From contig CAZYIM010000029.1 of assembly GCA_964647565.1 (NCBI GenBank), positions 17,148-39,009 on the forward strand: DNA of 21,862 nt, given 5' to 3'. Every line of letters begins with the position of its first letter. Positions within the stretch are counted from its first letter, which is position 1. The notes beneath the pieces were generated by a model, which ran no database searches, was not told where the DNA came from, and saw nothing but the letters and a program-made list of their open reading frames with translations. Below are positions 19,953 to 21,862 of this stretch, in pieces. This stretch comes from an uncultured Methanosarcinales archaeon. GTDB taxonomy: Archaea > Nanobdellota > Nanobdellia > Woesearchaeales > CAZYIM01. A program made the translations under genes and the position numbers.

Positions 19953-20420
19953 ATGAAAAGAAAAGACCTTTTGTTTTTAACGCATTTAAGGAAAAATGCC
20001 AGGGAAACCCTGACCAATATAAGCAAGAAGACCGACATCCCAATATCAACCCTCTACGACAAACTAAAGATACACGAAAAAGGCCTGATAAAAAAACATA
20101 CTACCTTAATTGATTTCTCAAAGCTCGGCTACAACTGCAGGGCGACCATCACATTGAAGGTTGACAAGGAAAACCGGAATGCAATGAGAGAGTCATTATT
20201 GAAATCTGAACACATCAATTCTGTATTTAAGATCAACAACGGTTATGACTTTATGGTTGAATGTATATTCAAGAACCTAAAAGAGCTGGAAGATTTCCTT
20301 GATAACCTTGAAGATAAATACAACATAATAGAAAAGCAGACCTATTATATAATAGAGGAAATAAAACGCGAGGGCTTTATGACAGATCCTGAAATTATTA
20401 ATATCCTTCCAACATTTTAG
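19953..20420 (+). CDS. Lrp/AsnC family transcriptional regulator
   Basis: LRKNARETLTNISKKTDIPISTLYDKLK HTH, IDFSKLGY linker, C-terminal RAM domain (GYDFMVE); GGAGG SD. Confidence 0.92.
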   Translation: MKRKDLLFLTHLRKNARETLTNISKKTDIPISTLYDKLKIHEKGLIKKHTTLIDFSKLGYNCRATITLKVDKENRNAMRESLLKSEHINSVFKINNGYDFMVECIFKNLKELEDFLDNLEDKYNIIEKQTYYIIEEIKREGFMTDPEIINILPTF

Positions 20421-20587
20421 TTGTTTTTGTTGTTCATTCGGATACAACATAAGTTTATATGCAAATTCTGGCTAGTATAGTATTAGATTTACGGATTTCC
20501 GACGTGGATTTCCGGAAAATCGTTTTTTAGTTGGCAAAAGAAAGGAACTAGCGATAGCTATATCCAAAACCAGCTAAGAGGTGAAAA

Positions 20588-21040
20588 ATGGTGACAAGAA
20601 AAGAAATGTTGATACTAAGCCAGTTGAGAAGGAATGCAAGACAACCCTTAATCAAGATCTCGAACAAGATAGGTGTGCCAATAAGCACTATCTATGACAG
20701 GATCAAGTCTTGCGAAGGGAATGTCATAAAGAAATATGCAACCATTGTGGACTTCCCAAAGATAGGATTCAACATAAGGAAAAAGATACTTGTCAAGGTA
20801 AAGAATCCTAATGAATTTCAGCGCTTTGCTTCTGAAAATCCCCATGTGAATTCTATATATAAGCTAAGTTCTGAATTCGACTTCCTTCTAGACTGCATCT
20901 TCATGTACATGAATGATCACGATAATTTCAACACCCAGATGGATCAGGCAGGAGTGTTGAAGAGAATGGAATTTTTTGTAACAGAGGCTCCAAAACAAGA
21001 GAGCTTCATGGTAGATCCAGAATTTGTAAACAAACTATAG
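20588..21040 (+). CDS. Lrp/AsnC family transcriptional regulator
   Basis: LRRNARQPLIKISNKIGVPISTIYDRIK HTH, VDFPKIGF linker, EFDFLLDC; GAGGTGA SD. Confidence 0.92.
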   Translation: MVTRKEMLILSQLRRNARQPLIKISNKIGVPISTIYDRIKSCEGNVIKKYATIVDFPKIGFNIRKKILVKVKNPNEFQRFASENPHVNSIYKLSSEFDFLLDCIFMYMNDHDNFNTQMDQAGVLKRMEFFVTEAPKQESFMVDPEFVNKL

Positions 21041-21052
21041 GAGGAGATACGT

Positions 21053-21544
21053 ATGGGAAAAAAACTGAAAACACTAGGAATTGTTGCTGTGCTTGCTGGG
21101 ACCATGGTGTTGGAATCACAGTTCCATCTGACCAACTATGTAAATCAGGGATTTCGAGCAACTAAAAACGCAGTTGTAGACGTCTTCACAAGGGACGATG
21201 AAGAACGAAGCGAGGGCGTAGTGAAGGCCTACAACAAGATAAAAAATCCAGTCTATCAGGGAAGCACTCTGGTAAAACTGGTTGAGAACGCGCCTGACGA
21301 ACTGCAGGCCAAGGTATTGGACGAGGTACTGGATGAAGCGCCTTACCATGCTGTCAAAGATGCTGTCTTTGAAGGTTCTGAAAAGCTGACATCCAAAGAT
21401 AATTACCAGCTGGCCAAGAAAACAGTAGGTAGGTTTAGTGAGGAGAAACAAAAGGAGTTTGTCAAGGAATGGAAGAAGACTGGTAATTTCTTTGAAAGGA
21501 TCTGGGAAGGCGCTAAAGACAAGTACGAACACATCAAGAAATAG
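21053..21544 (+). CDS. Hypothetical protein with N-terminal signal or anchor helix
   Basis: MGKKLK followed by hydrophobic LGIVAVLAGTMVL; GGAGGAG SD. Confidence 0.8.
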   Translation: MGKKLKTLGIVAVLAGTMVLESQFHLTNYVNQGFRATKNAVVDVFTRDDEERSEGVVKAYNKIKNPVYQGSTLVKLVENAPDELQAKVLDEVLDEAPYHAVKDAVFEGSEKLTSKDNYQLAKKTVGRFSEEKQKEFVKEWKKTGNFFERIWEGAKDKYEHIKK

Positions 21545-21556
21545 GAGCGTGAAAAA

Positions 21557-21766
21557 ATGGTACTAAGAACAATGAAAAGGCTCCTATACATCGGCGGCCT
21601 GATATTCATCGGCTATACCATGAGGGGTTGTTTTGATGATTGTCATGGCCAGACCATGAACAGTTATCATTCAACAGGCTCAAAAGCAACGATTGAGAAT
21701 GTTATGCAGACAGAGAATCCTGTACTGCAGGAATCGCCATTGGAGAAAATTGTCTATAAAAAATGA
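21557..21766 (+). CDS. Small hypothetical membrane or exported protein
   Basis: MKR followed by LLYIGGLIFIGY then MRGC; GGAG SD; 12 bp after the previous stop. Confidence 0.7.
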   Translation: MVLRTMKRLLYIGGLIFIGYTMRGCFDDCHGQTMNSYHSTGSKATIENVMQTENPVLQESPLEKIVYKK

Positions 21767-21862
21767 GTGACAACAAGAACGGATACAGGTTTGAGGTATG
21801 GGTGGAGAATCTGCTCAAGGATCTGCATATGATGCATGTAAAGAGAAACGTGTTGTATATAC
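21763..21862 (+). CDS. 3'-truncated ORF not in the supplied track, possibly the N-terminus of a PD-(D/E)XK/Mrr-like endonuclease
   Basis: ATG overlaps the previous TGA (ATGA); translates MSDNKNGYRFEVWVENLLKDLHMMHVKRNVLYI and stays open to the window end. G-x-x-F-E-x-x-V-x-x-L-L resembles the first helix of such nucleases. Confidence 0.5.
   Translation, partial: MSDNKNGYRFEVWVENLLKDLHMMHVKRNVLYI

Noticed and set aside
6812..21040. Alternative heme pathway (AhbAB Lrp-like plus AhbCD SPASM enzymes)
   Set aside because: The Lrp proteins lack the HxYxR motif of siroheme decarboxylases, lie more than 5 kb away on the other strand, and no tetrapyrrole genes are present.

Overview
Archaeal genomic window, inferred DPANN (Woesearchaeota-like) from rps3ae, TrmB-, Lrp- and AbrB-PhoU-type regulators, TTTATAAA boxes and GGTGAT/GGAGG Shine-Dalgarno sites. 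Left flank: 5'-truncated TrmB-like protein, 2[4Fe-4S] ferredoxin, rps3ae with a long charged repetitive tail, a 45-bp tandem duplication, and gyrB interrupted by one in-frame TAA. The centre (4637-14275, minus strand) is a tightly packed ten-gene operon. It encodes five radical SAM enzymes (one with a cobalamin-binding domain, two SPASM, two Twitch-like), a histidine phosphatase, a NUDIX hydrolase, an HxGH cytidylyltransferase-like protein, a dTMP-kinase-like protein and a sugar-phosphate nucleotidyltransferase. It reads as a biosynthetic cluster for a modified nucleotide, nucleoside or nucleotide-activated small molecule that I cannot match to a pathway I know, and it is the main finding. To its right are a membrane-anchored APH-like kinase, a wHTH/Pol-beta nucleotidyltransferase, two unknown genes, AbrB-PhoU, two Lrp/AsnC paralogues, two small membrane or exported proteins and the start of a possible endonuclease gene. 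No RNA genes, CRISPR arrays or transposases were seen. All calls come from reading motifs by eye; no searches were run.
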